Shown piece after piece: positions 9,730 through 19,273 of a DNA stretch of 64,000 nt (positions within the stretch are counted from its first letter, which is position 1; every line of letters starts with the position of its first letter). The position numbers and the translations under genes were made by a program. The stretch is from Colwellia polaris. GTDB taxonomy: Archaea; Nanohalarchaeota; Nanosalinia; Nanosalinales; Nanosalinaceae. A model generated the notes under the pieces. That model saw only the letters and a program-made list of their open reading frames with translations. It made no database searches and was not told the origin of the DNA. The DNA lies in contig JBLGBK010000003.1 in the NCBI GenBank assembly GCA_047617785.1, positions 1 through 64,000 on the forward strand, in the 5' to 3' direction.

Positions 9730-10818
9730 CTACTTGTTATCTAGCTTCCGCTGAACCTCTTCTCGAATACGTTTCTTCACTTCTGGAACCTTGATTTCGC
9801 GCATAACTGGCTCGAAGAAACCTTTCACAACAAGTCGCTCAGACTTCTGCTCGTTTAAACCGCGTGATTCAAGGTAGTGCTTTTTATCCTTCTCTACCGT
9901 TCCAGCCGCTGCTGCGTGTGAAGCCTCGACGTTTGGATTCTCGATCATTAGTTTAGGTGACGCATCTGATTCTGCTTTGTCGGAAAGCATCAGTGTTTCC
10001 TGATCTTGGAAACTGGATGTGTCGACAGCTGAACTTTCTACCTTTTGAAGTCCTTCGTACAGGCTTCTGGCTTTATGATCCACTACGCTTCGTGAATCCA
10101 TATCGCATTTTGTTTTGTCGCCGAGATGTCTTACATGAAGCGAGATATCATGGTGTTGTTCTCCTGTCGGATACCATACGCCAGTCATCTCGGTCTCTGA
10201 GTTATCTCCTTTCAGAACTGTCTCGATTTTTGTACGGTTAAGTTCTCCTTCGAACATACTGTTTAACCAGTTAATTGTACCGTACTTCCTATTGATCGAT
10301 TTTCTCTGACTGTAGGAAAATCCTTCTGGTGTTTCGATTGCGCCGTAGGTGACTGTTGCGTTCTCTCCGACATAAATTTCGGTGAAAGACGTGTTGAATT
10401 CCTTGCTTACAGTCTCTTCAGTAACTGTTACCTCGGCGTTATCTTCAGCATCGATTATCAGGTGACTGAGGACGGGAGAATTAGCATCGTAAGTTACATG
10501 GATTTCTGATTTACCAGAAGCTTCTGCATAGATAAGTGAATTGAAGTTAGCCGCGTGAATAGCATTAACTTTGTTCTCTTCCGCTTTGATAAGGTCAAAA
10601 GCTCTCTCTCCTGCTTCTTGCAAAGCTTCTTCTCCTTGGTAAACTTCTACGCCTCCTTCAGTTCGGATCTCCGGTCTGATATCTTCCAGGTTATCAAGTT
10701 TTTCTTCCAAGTCATCAGGGTAGCGTGTCCAGGTTCTTCCCGGTGTACGGATTGACTCAGGGTTTTCAAGATTTCCTATCTTCTGCTTCGCGTCCTTTTT
10801 CACGGTTTGAATATCCAT
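9730..10818 (-). CDS. sufD: SufD (SufB/SufD family)
   Basis: C-terminal beta-helix with PKLMIENPNVEASHAAAAG, YLESRGL and VKGFF; lies in the suf cluster. Confidence 0.9.
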   Translation of the reverse strand: MDIQTVKKDAKQKIGNLENPESIRTPGRTWTRYPDDLEEKLDNLEDIRPEIRTEGGVEVYQGEEALQEAGERAFDLIKAEENKVNAIHAANFNSLIYAEASGKSEIHVTYDANSPVLSHLIIDAEDNAEVTVTEETVSKEFNTSFTEIYVGENATVTYGAIETPEGFSYSQRKSINRKYGTINWLNSMFEGELNRTKIETVLKGDNSETEMTGVWYPTGEQHHDISLHVRHLGDKTKCDMDSRSVVDHKARSLYEGLQKVESSAVDTSSFQDQETLMLSDKAESDASPKLMIENPNVEASHAAAAGTVEKDKKHYLESRGLNEQKSERLVVKGFFEPVMREIKVPEVKKRIREEVQRKLDNK

Positions 10819-10872
10819 GGTATCTAGTTGGTTGGTAAACTGTAAAAAGGAAACTGGAAGAAAGGAGGGGAG

Positions 10873-12381
10873 TTAGAAAGGTTTGAAACTCTTCAAGATT
10901 TTCAGAACAGAGTTTCCAATTTGTTCGGTGATTGTTTCTCCGAAGTCTTCAGTTTCTTCTGCCACCTCTCCACGCATCTGATCTTCCTCAGTAATTGTCT
11001 GCCTCCATGTGCCTTTCTGGAACCAGAGATAGGCGATTATTGCGCCAGCAATATTGGACGCGGCGAACGCTATCCATACTCCCTTGGTGCCTATGTTGGC
11101 TGCGCCGAAGTAAGCGATCGGAAGCCGGATAAGTCCAAGTGTGGCAATAGAGATTACTGCGGCGGTGACGGTTTTTCCTGCTCCTCTGAAGCTGCCGTTG
11201 TAGCTTCTCAGTACTCCGATGAATCCGAAACTGAATGCTACATAACGGAGGAATTCGGCGCTGACCGCTGCAATTTCGGGGCTTTTCGTGAATATTGAGG
11301 ATATTGGTTGTGCAAGAATGAAGATGATTACTCCTAGTCCTGTCAGTATGAGGAATGTCCATTTTGCTCCGAATCGTGCGGTTTCTGCTGCCCTATCGTA
11401 GTTTCTGGCTCCGAGGTTCTGTCCTGTCATCGATTCTACCCCTCTTCCTACTGCTGCGGCTGGAAGAAATACCATTGAGAAGATACGTACTGCGATTCCG
11501 TATCCTGGTACTACTGCTGTTCCAGCGAAGAATGCTCCGATTACTGCTACCAACGCGTTTACGGAGAGCGATCTACCGGTTCCTTCCGCTGAAGCTGGTA
11601 CTCCAATGTGCAACATTTTCTTGAAGAAGCTGAGATTTGGTTTCATCTGGTTGAGCGATATCTGTATTCCTCTGCTTCCTCTGAACAGTATTGCTATTCC
11701 TACTGCAAGTGAAAGTGTTCTTGAGAGCACTGTTGCGACTGCTGCTCCCTGCACTCCTAGTTCTGGGATGGGTCCGAATCCGAAGATGAATAACGGATCT
11801 ATTATTATGTTAAGTATGACTGTTCCTAGCATCAGTATCATAGGAGTGACTGTGTCTCCGAATCCTCGCATTAGTGACTGGAAGACGAAGAATCCAAACA
11901 TCGAGAATAATCCTATTGATATCATTTCCATATAACTGGATGCGGCTGTTGCAACTGCTCCTGATGCGCCTAGGAGTGTTACTAGGTCGCTGATGAAAAA
12001 GAATCCTGCTACTCCAAGTATAGCTGATGCAAGGGCGCTGAATGCGATTGTCTGGCTAGCTGCGAAATCTCTTTTCTCTTTATTACCTGATCCTGTGAAC
12101 TGTGCGACCAGAACGCTTCCTGCTACTGAAAGCCCCATTCCCAGAGAGATTAGGAAGAATACGAGAGGGAATGCATACGTTATTGCACCCAGTGCGGTAT
12201 CGCTGTACTGTCCTAGCCAGAATGTATCTGCCAGGTTGTAGGCTGTCTGCAGCAAGTTAATTACGATTACAGGTAGTGAAAGGTAGAAGAGGTTCTTACC
12301 TACAGGCCCGTTAAGCAAGTCTAGGTCTTCTCTTGATTTGAACTTGCTACGGATTTTATCTGCGATTTTATTTAGGAACAT
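10873..12381 (-). CDS. MATE family efflux transporter
   Basis: About 12 TM helices; YNLADTFWLG, RGFGDTVTPM, NIIIDPLFIFG and GQNLGA. Confidence 0.95.
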   Translation of the reverse strand: MFLNKIADKIRSKFKSREDLDLLNGPVGKNLFYLSLPVIVINLLQTAYNLADTFWLGQYSDTALGAITYAFPLVFFLISLGMGLSVAGSVLVAQFTGSGNKEKRDFAASQTIAFSALASAILGVAGFFFISDLVTLLGASGAVATAASSYMEMISIGLFSMFGFFVFQSLMRGFGDTVTPMILMLGTVILNIIIDPLFIFGFGPIPELGVQGAAVATVLSRTLSLAVGIAILFRGSRGIQISLNQMKPNLSFFKKMLHIGVPASAEGTGRSLSVNALVAVIGAFFAGTAVVPGYGIAVRIFSMVFLPAAAVGRGVESMTGQNLGARNYDRAAETARFGAKWTFLILTGLGVIIFILAQPISSIFTKSPEIAAVSAEFLRYVAFSFGFIGVLRSYNGSFRGAGKTVTAAVISIATLGLIRLPIAYFGAANIGTKGVWIAFAASNIAGAIIAYLWFQKGTWRQTITEEDQMRGEVAEETEDFGETITEQIGNSVLKILKSFKPF

Positions 12382-12394
12382 ATCCTACAGGTTT

Positions 12395-12464
12395 CTGTCA
12401 AAATCTTAAAAATGTGTTAAGAATCGAAACATTTCGAACCGATACACACTAAAAGTTTTGACAG
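12395..12464. promoter_or_regulatory. Divergent MATE/PadR promoter region with nested inverted repeats (candidate operator)
   Basis: CTGTCAAAA...TTTTGACAG, TGTGT...ACACA and TCGAAA-CA-TTTCGA are all centred at about 12430. Confidence 0.55.
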
Positions 12465-12480
12465 TATCTTCTCCCCAAAG

Positions 12481-12882
12481 ATGGGTAAAAAACTTCCAAG
12501 TGACATCCTCCGCTATATGGTGCTGAAGATCTTCGAGGAGGGGCCAAGCTACGGCTACGAAGTAGTCTCAAGAATTGAAGAGCTTACCGACGGCTACTGG
12601 AGTCCCAGCTATGGTACAATATATCCGTTGATCCAGCGTATGGAAGAAGATAATCTTCTACGTTCTCTAGATGAAGACGAGTTAGCGGAAAGGGAACTGA
12701 GTGAGGGCGATAGGAAATACTTTGAACTAACTGAAAAAGGCAAAGAGGAAGTCTTACCTGATGAAGAAAGTGAAGAGCACAGAGAAAACTTCGAAAACCT
12801 GATTCTTGGCTATCTGAAGATATACGAAGAAAAATACGGTGAAAATGCTACTGAAGAACTTTTAGCTGATTTCAAGCAGTAG
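12481..12882 (+). CDS. PadR family transcriptional regulator
   Basis: GPSYGYEV, PSYGTIYPLI and RKYFELTEKG winged-HTH motifs; divergent from the MATE gene. Confidence 0.93.
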   Translation: MGKKLPSDILRYMVLKIFEEGPSYGYEVVSRIEELTDGYWSPSYGTIYPLIQRMEEDNLLRSLDEDELAERELSEGDRKYFELTEKGKEEVLPDEESEEHRENFENLILGYLKIYEEKYGENATEELLADFKQ

Positions 12883-12893
12883 ACTTGTTCTTT

Positions 12894-13098
12894 TTATCTT
12901 CCTAGATTTTCAGACCAGTTAACAGCTTTCTCGAAACCAAACATCACTGGTAGAAATACTGCCAGAAAAAACAGCTGGGTGCAACAGATTAAGGCTTCCT
13001 GTAAAGGCTATATTGCTGAAAATATATGGTGCGAATGCAGCAACAACTCCGGCTATAGTTTTTTTCTGGAACTCATGTGCTAGTTTTTCAATTCTCAA
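12894..13098 (-). pseudogene. Possible frameshifted small two-TM membrane protein
   Basis: TTG-LRIEKLAHEFQKKTIAGVVAAFAPYIFSNIAF... continues in another frame as QLFFLAVFLPVMFGFEKAVNWSENLGR*; span is 205 nt (3n+1). Confidence 0.3.
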
Positions 13099-13142
13099 TA
13101 TAAATTTAATCAGCTAAGAAGGGCTGATTGAAGAGATCAGTT

Positions 13143-14543
13143 TTATCCTAGACTTCCTTCCATCTCGAGCTGTATTAATCTATTAAGCTCGACAGCATAC
13201 TCAAGCGGAAGTTCCTTTGCAATAGGTTCGATAAAACCTCTTACGATCATTTCCTTGGCTTCCTCCTCTTCGATACCCCTGCTCTGCATATAGTGGATCT
13301 CTTCATCGCCGATTCTTCCGACTGTAGCTTCGTGCGCCATCTCTACATCATCCTCCTTTATCTCGATATAAGGTTCGGTGTCAGAAGTTGCTTTATCGGA
13401 GAACATCATCGCGTCGCATTCGATGCTGACTTTGCTGCCATGACTTCCTTCTGGAACACGTACTAGTCCTCTATAATTTGTTCGGCCGTCTCCCTGTGTG
13501 ATTGATTTAGATTCAATCGTGGACTTGGTTTTTGGCGCGTTGTGGACTACTTTTGCGCCTGTGTCGATGTTCTGGCCGTCTCCCGCGAATCCAATTGTGA
13601 TGTGGTTAGCTCTGGCGCCTTCACCGTTGAGGTGTGAAGAGGGATAAAGCATCGTCACTTTGCTCCCCATGCTTCCAGAAACCCATTCCATGACTCCGTC
13701 TTTAGCTACTTTTGCTCTTTTAGTATTCAGATTGTATGTATTTTTACTCCAGTTTTGTACTGTTGAGTACTGTACGTGTGCGTCTTCTTTGACAAATACT
13801 TCTACACATCCGGCGTGCAGGTTATTTCTTGTGTACTGTGGGGCGCTACAACCCTCAATATAGTGTACTCGGGCGTTTTTCTCTGCTACTATGAGAGTGT
13901 GCTCAAACTGTCCCATTCCTTTGGAGTTCATCCTGAAGTAGGCCTGTACAGGTATCTCTACTTCTACACCTTCGGGTACGTAGACAAATGAACCTCCGCT
14001 CCATACTGCGCCGTGTAATGCAGCGAACTTGTTGTCTTGAGGAGGTACATTCTTTGTCATGAAATATTCTTTAACGATCTCTGGATGTTCCTGGACTGCT
14101 TTGTCCATGTCCATGAAAATGACTCCTTTCTCTTCCCACTCTTCTTTCATGTTCTGGTATACGACTTCTGATTCGTATTGCGCTCCTACACCGGAAAGCG
14201 CTTCTCTTTCCGCATCTGGTATCCCTAGTTTGTCGAATGTGTCTTTAATTTCTTCAGGTACTTCTTCCCAGTCATCGCTTTGTTCGCCTTCTGCTACTTT
14301 GAACGGAGTGATTTCATCGATGTTTAGTTCGGAAAGGTCTGGACCCCAGTCTGGCATCGGTCGTCTTTTGAAGTGTCTGAAGGCCTGTAAACGTTTTTCA
14401 AGCATCCAGTCTGGTTCGTCTTTCTCTTCGGATATTTTCCGTACTGTTTCCTCTGTTAGTCCTTCACCGGAGTCGTATTTGATCTCTGCGTCGGTTACGT
14501 GGTTGAATTTTTCCTGGTCTTTCTGGATTTCGTCTTCGCTCAT
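13143..14543 (-). CDS. sufB: Fe-S assembly protein SufB
   Basis: GVGAQYESE, WSGGSFVYVP, GQFEHTL, YIEGCSAP, YSTVQNW, HEATVG and PLEYAVELN. Confidence 0.98.
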   Translation of the reverse strand: MSEDEIQKDQEKFNHVTDAEIKYDSGEGLTEETVRKISEEKDEPDWMLEKRLQAFRHFKRRPMPDWGPDLSELNIDEITPFKVAEGEQSDDWEEVPEEIKDTFDKLGIPDAEREALSGVGAQYESEVVYQNMKEEWEEKGVIFMDMDKAVQEHPEIVKEYFMTKNVPPQDNKFAALHGAVWSGGSFVYVPEGVEVEIPVQAYFRMNSKGMGQFEHTLIVAEKNARVHYIEGCSAPQYTRNNLHAGCVEVFVKEDAHVQYSTVQNWSKNTYNLNTKRAKVAKDGVMEWVSGSMGSKVTMLYPSSHLNGEGARANHITIGFAGDGQNIDTGAKVVHNAPKTKSTIESKSITQGDGRTNYRGLVRVPEGSHGSKVSIECDAMMFSDKATSDTEPYIEIKEDDVEMAHEATVGRIGDEEIHYMQSRGIEEEEAKEMIVRGFIEPIAKELPLEYAVELNRLIQLEMEGSLG

Positions 14544-14624
14544 AAAACAGTATTAGTGGTGTAAATCTTTAAATCCTGAATAAGAGGTCAGAGATTCTGT
14601 TCCTGAATGAGTTGAAAAGAAAAG

Positions 14625-15020
14625 TTAGTGACTGAAATTTCTGATGCTGCTGGAGGAGTAGTCTTCATGTTTTGATATTCTTGAAACTTCTACCTCATGT
14701 CCTGTTATGTCTTCAGCCATATCTTTGACCTGTTCTTCATCGTGATCCTGATCGTATCCTAGTGTGATTACATCCGGGTTTATTTCTTCCAGAACTTTGT
14801 ATATGCTACCTTTGTTTCCAAGAAGGGCTTTGTCCACGTTTTCGAGTGCTTCTACCATTTCTCTACGCTCTTCTTCGCTGAAGTATGTGTCCTTCTCTAT
14901 TCTTGAATCTCTAGCTATAACTACAATCAGTTCTTCTCCTCTCTCCTTTGATTGTTCGAAATAGTGGAGGTGTCCGGGATGTAGAATATCGAATACTCCC
15001 TGCGCCATTACTGTCTTCAT
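14625..15020 (-). CDS. ribL: FAD synthase / cytidylyltransferase family
   Basis: GVFDILHPGH, VVIARD, PDVITLGYDQ and SSSSI. Confidence 0.8.
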   Translation of the reverse strand: MKTVMAQGVFDILHPGHLHYFEQSKERGEELIVVIARDSRIEKDTYFSEEERREMVEALENVDKALLGNKGSIYKVLEEINPDVITLGYDQDHDEEQVKDMAEDITGHEVEVSRISKHEDYSSSSIRNFSH

Positions 15021-15124
15021 AAATCAGGTTTTGCGGTGGAAATTCATAATACCTTTGATGCCTGAAGAAATAGTTTGGAGGGTTTATCTGCAGTGAACTC
15101 CATAACTATGTGCCTTACTGATCT

Positions 15125-16948
15125 TTATGAACTGAAGAATTCAGAGAGTTCCTTCCAGGGTGCCTGTGTTTCCTTCAAACTGATGTCCTTAGGTAAGGTC
15201 TTTCTGTAGTTGCTCCAGTTGTAACGCTTATCCATGAATATTATCGCACCTTTATCGGTTTTGCTTCGGATGCAACGCCCGGCTGCCTGTATAGCGCGGT
15301 TGATTGCAGGGTATGTGTATCCGTACTCCCATCCTTTCCCGTATTTCTCGTCTAAGAAGTTTATTAGATCCTTTGTCTCAAGATCTGGTCTTTGAAGAGG
15401 TAACCCGACTATGAAAACTGCTTTCAGTATTTCGCCAGGGAAGTCGATTCCTTCACCGAAGCTTCCGGCAGTAACTCCAAGAAGCACTGCATCACCTTCT
15501 TCTTTCCGATCTTTGAATCGGTTTAGTGTTTTCTGTTTCTCCTCTTTGTCCATCTGCGGCTTTTCAACAAATATTCTTCGGTCACTGTGCATTTTCAGCT
15601 CATCTTTAACCTCTTCCATGTAGCTATAGCTTGGGAAAAATACTGCTGCGTTTCCAGGAATCTCTTCTAGGCTCTTGTGCAGATACCAGGCGTATTTCTG
15701 CGTCATAGATTTGTCTCGTTCGCTGTACTTTGTGGTCAGCTTCGGTATGACGAGCTCAGTCTTATTTTCGCTAGGAAAGGGTGATTTGAACTCTCGTGTA
15801 ATGTTGTTCTCTTCCTCGATTCCTAGCAAGTCGTTGTACATCTCTGTAGGGGTCAGTGTTCCAGACATCAGTACTGTGGAGTGTGAGTTCTTGATTGGTT
15901 TTCGTGTAGTTGCTTCTGGATTGAGGCAGGAGTACTTTAGCATGACTTCTCCGTAATTTGTACGTTTCAGTATACGCGAGAATCCTTCGTCCTTTCCATT
16001 CCAGTCGTCCATAAACTCTGCTACTTTCAGAACTTTGGATGCTTTGTCCTGTCGACCTTCTATCTCTTCGCCTGCTTTTTCCAAATCTACGATCATTTCT
16101 TTGTAGCTGTGGAAGCTGTCGACAAGGTCTTTAAAGTCTTCTTTCTCTATACGTTTTTCAGAGTCTTTTTGCGATAGTTTTTCCTTTACTAGTCGTTGAA
16201 ACTTTCTCTTTAGCTGCTGTAGGTGCTGCTGGTCTTCGTGGAACTGTTGTTTGCCAGCTTCTGTGACGGCGTTGCTTAGTAAAGAATCTTTTAGTGTTGC
16301 AGAGTACAGGCTTCGGGTACGTGACGGAACATTATGTGCTTCATCTACTATTATTATGCAATCTGATAGATCGGTGTCTGCCTTCTCCATTACAACATCT
16401 CTGACGCCAGGGTGGAAGATGTGGAAGTAGTCTGCGATTATGAGTCTGCTTTGTTTAAGGCTATGCATCTGAACTTGGTAAGCACATACTTTGTGGCATT
16501 TTTTCTTTACTTCATGTGCCGATAGGTTCTGAGTTCGTATTTCGCGTACCCGTTTCTTCGCTTGCTCTGTTAACTGATGGTTGTCATCGAAAGTTGCATC
16601 GTGACGCGGACAGTCAGGCTCGTCTTCATCTGCTACAACGTTTTTAGCTTCGCATAGATGGCTTTTACCGATAAGATCTGTTGAGCTGATATTTTTCCCG
16701 TGTTTTTCGTTAATATTTCTCACTGTTTCTAATGCGATCTGGTGCTGGCTGTGGCGTGGTGTTAGGAAGAATACTTTCTTGTTGTTTTCAAGTGCATGTT
16801 CTAGGGCAGGAGTGATTGATGCTGCGGTCTTCCCTAGGCCTGTAGGCGCGTGTATTGTTGCAGTACCTTCGTTTTCCAGTGTTTTTTCTACGTCTTCTAT
16901 CATATCTTGCTGCATGTCTCGCGGGTTTTCAAACGGGAATAGGTTCAT
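15125..16948 (-). CDS. xpd: XPD/Rad3-like ATP-dependent DNA helicase
   Basis: APTGLGKT, DEAHN, MSGTL, FFPSY, EGIDF and QAAGRCIRS. Confidence 0.92.
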   Translation of the reverse strand: MNLFPFENPRDMQQDMIEDVEKTLENEGTATIHAPTGLGKTAASITPALEHALENNKKVFFLTPRHSQHQIALETVRNINEKHGKNISSTDLIGKSHLCEAKNVVADEDEPDCPRHDATFDDNHQLTEQAKKRVREIRTQNLSAHEVKKKCHKVCAYQVQMHSLKQSRLIIADYFHIFHPGVRDVVMEKADTDLSDCIIIVDEAHNVPSRTRSLYSATLKDSLLSNAVTEAGKQQFHEDQQHLQQLKRKFQRLVKEKLSQKDSEKRIEKEDFKDLVDSFHSYKEMIVDLEKAGEEIEGRQDKASKVLKVAEFMDDWNGKDEGFSRILKRTNYGEVMLKYSCLNPEATTRKPIKNSHSTVLMSGTLTPTEMYNDLLGIEEENNITREFKSPFPSENKTELVIPKLTTKYSERDKSMTQKYAWYLHKSLEEIPGNAAVFFPSYSYMEEVKDELKMHSDRRIFVEKPQMDKEEKQKTLNRFKDRKEEGDAVLLGVTAGSFGEGIDFPGEILKAVFIVGLPLQRPDLETKDLINFLDEKYGKGWEYGYTYPAINRAIQAAGRCIRSKTDKGAIIFMDKRYNWSNYRKTLPKDISLKETQAPWKELSEFFSS

Positions 16949-17068
16949 GTAGAATACGATAGCCGGTTACTGTAAAAAACACTGCGGACTAGCGGGATTT
17001 GAGTCTGTTATTTCATAGATTGAGAAAACACAACTTTCTTTAAATTAGGTTTTCGAATTACAATTGTT

Positions 17069-18043
17069 ATGTCTTGGTACGCGCTTGAAAAGATTGAAGA
17101 AGCATTAAACCAGACAAAAGACTTTCTCACTCCGTTTGATCTCGGTTTATGGACAAGATTAGCTGTTATCGTTCTCTTTCTAGGAGGAGGACTGAATAAC
17201 GTTCCTACAGGTAATTCCCCTACAACAGATTCAGGAACACAGGGGGTGTCGGGAGCTGATCTTTCTATTCCGGGCACGGACATGACTTCTAGTATGCACA
17301 GTGGAATTATTCCAAATACAGATGGCTTGATGACTGGAGCTGCCACTTCTGATGCGGCAACATTAGGCATCATAGCATTAGTAGGTGTGATAGCTCTTGT
17401 ATTTGTAGTTCTAAGCACTATTGCACGTTTTGCCATCTTCCAGTCGGTTATGGAGAAAAGAGCAAGTATTAGAGAGATGTTCAAATCCAACTTCAATAGG
17501 GCACTTCAGTTGATAGGACTTAATGTTTTAACGCTGATAGCTGTTCTACTACCTACAATCCCATATTTAGCAGGTATTGAAGTTGCATCTATAGTCGGCG
17601 GAGTTCTGTTTGTCGTAGCAGTGTTCTACTGGCTAGCAATCCTGCTCGCAATGACCTTTGTCAACGACTTTGGATTGCCGCTGATGGTCTATGAAAACAT
17701 CAGCATTATTGATGCAGTCAAGAGATCTCTAGGAACAGTATGGAGTCAAAAGGCTCAAGCTGCTATCTACTTCCTGACCAAGATCGGTATAGGGATAGTA
17801 ATAGGAGTAATTTATCTAGTAGCGCTTCTTACAGTATTCCTTGCACTACTTATTCCATTTGGAATACTTGGTTTCATAGCCTACACCCTATCGCCTATCG
17901 CAGGAGGAGTAGTGGGAGTTCTAGGTCTGCTTACACTGGCAATAGTTATGCTCTATGTAAGAGTACCTCTAGAAGTTTACAGACACTACTTCTACGTATT
18001 GAACCTAGAAGAGTTTGAGGAAGTTGAACTGGTAGAAAGATAA
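17069..18043 (+). CDS. Conserved archaeal multi-pass membrane protein of unknown function
   Basis: Several hydrophobic helices; N-terminal pattern LTPFDLGLWTRLAVIVLFLGG. Confidence 0.7.
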   Translation: MSWYALEKIEEALNQTKDFLTPFDLGLWTRLAVIVLFLGGGLNNVPTGNSPTTDSGTQGVSGADLSIPGTDMTSSMHSGIIPNTDGLMTGAATSDAATLGIIALVGVIALVFVVLSTIARFAIFQSVMEKRASIREMFKSNFNRALQLIGLNVLTLIAVLLPTIPYLAGIEVASIVGGVLFVVAVFYWLAILLAMTFVNDFGLPLMVYENISIIDAVKRSLGTVWSQKAQAAIYFLTKIGIGIVIGVIYLVALLTVFLALLIPFGILGFIAYTLSPIAGGVVGVLGLLTLAIVMLYVRVPLEVYRHYFYVLNLEEFEEVELVER

Positions 18044-19215
18044 CTTTCAAGACTGGACTGGCGACGGTCTAGCATTTTACTTCTTTTCTTTATCCTCTTG
18101 AACAAGAAACGGAAATTACTGTTTATACGCCACTTAACTTGCTCCATATTCTCAAGCTCCTCAGGATTATTGAACGCGTTCCGAACTGTTTCACGGATCA
18201 CCCATACGCCTAGCGGAGCCCAATAATCAGGTGTAACTTCGCGTAGAACGATTGCTTTCGCCTGACGTTTCCGCTGCTGCAGATGCTCCATTATTCCAAG
18301 TTTTGTGGCGTAGTAGGCTCCTGCTGTTTGCTCTGCGTACTCTGTACGACCTGAAAATCCTTCATAGTTGTTTGCGATGTAGGTGTTTTTCATTGCATTC
18401 CATGCGGAATCTGGTCGTTTGAGTTCAAGTAGCTCGTACTCCCATTTTCCAGGTATGAGGAATATGTGGAAGTTGTTGCCAATGTAGCTGTTCTTGTAGT
18501 ATTCAATCTGTCCTAGTTCTTGGAACTGCTTTACATCATCAAGTATCTGTGAAGAAATAGTATCGTCTGTAGCAGTGATACTCCAGCGTGTCGGAACCAA
18601 TTTTCGGTTCTCCTCTTTTCCAAGCATTCCCGTGGACATGACTTGTTGGATGGTGTAGTTGTCGACACCCTTGCTGTAAAGTTTCTGCATAGCGCTCTCT
18701 GCCTGGAACTCTTTGTCGTAGAAAGCTTTCTCCACTTGTTTATCGACCGAAGGATTCTCACCAAGTTTGAACTGCTTCAAGTTGCCGGATGCAGATACTG
18801 GTTTCACCCGACCGGCGCTAATACTGTTGAAAGGTTTCTTATCCAGTTCTACCTCTACATGTGTGGGTTTGCACGCCATGGCGATCTCTCGAGCAGTGTC
18901 TACGAACTGGTCAGTCTGCTTAACGCGTGTCTGTTTCTTCGAGTTTACTAGGCTGGTACGGAGAGAAGCCACTTTCTCAATAGAGTATTTTTCGCTGTAC
19001 CATTTATCCGGGGAGTCCATGAGCATGGAGTCGCCTTGATGTTGGGGTGAGAGAACACCGGTACTTGGCTTGGGGTAGTTGTGTGAGCCGATGAAAACGC
19101 TTGGCGGGGTGGACCCGTTGAACTTCTTAGCATTGTTCTGTATAGGCATGACTGACTCGAGCTTTCTCTTCGCCTGTTCTTCAGACATGCCTTTTGCGAG
19201 TTTGCCGTAGCCCAT
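17992..19215 (-). CDS. nreA: Nre family DNA repair protein
   Basis: PPSVFIGSHNYP, RKLVPTRWSITATD, GAYYA and YWAPLGVWVIRE; PIP-like QSSLESY near the C-terminus. Confidence 0.9.
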   Translation of the reverse strand: MGYGKLAKGMSEEQAKRKLESVMPIQNNAKKFNGSTPPSVFIGSHNYPKPSTGVLSPQHQGDSMLMDSPDKWYSEKYSIEKVASLRTSLVNSKKQTRVKQTDQFVDTAREIAMACKPTHVEVELDKKPFNSISAGRVKPVSASGNLKQFKLGENPSVDKQVEKAFYDKEFQAESAMQKLYSKGVDNYTIQQVMSTGMLGKEENRKLVPTRWSITATDDTISSQILDDVKQFQELGQIEYYKNSYIGNNFHIFLIPGKWEYELLELKRPDSAWNAMKNTYIANNYEGFSGRTEYAEQTAGAYYATKLGIMEHLQQRKRQAKAIVLREVTPDYWAPLGVWVIRETVRNAFNNPEELENMEQVKWRINSNFRFLFKRIKKRSKMLDRRQSSLESYLSTSSTSSNSSRFNT

Positions 19216-19273
19216 GATAGTTAGTTAGAGATCAAAATGTAAATTAGTGGTGTAAAAGAGGAATCTGGATTAT

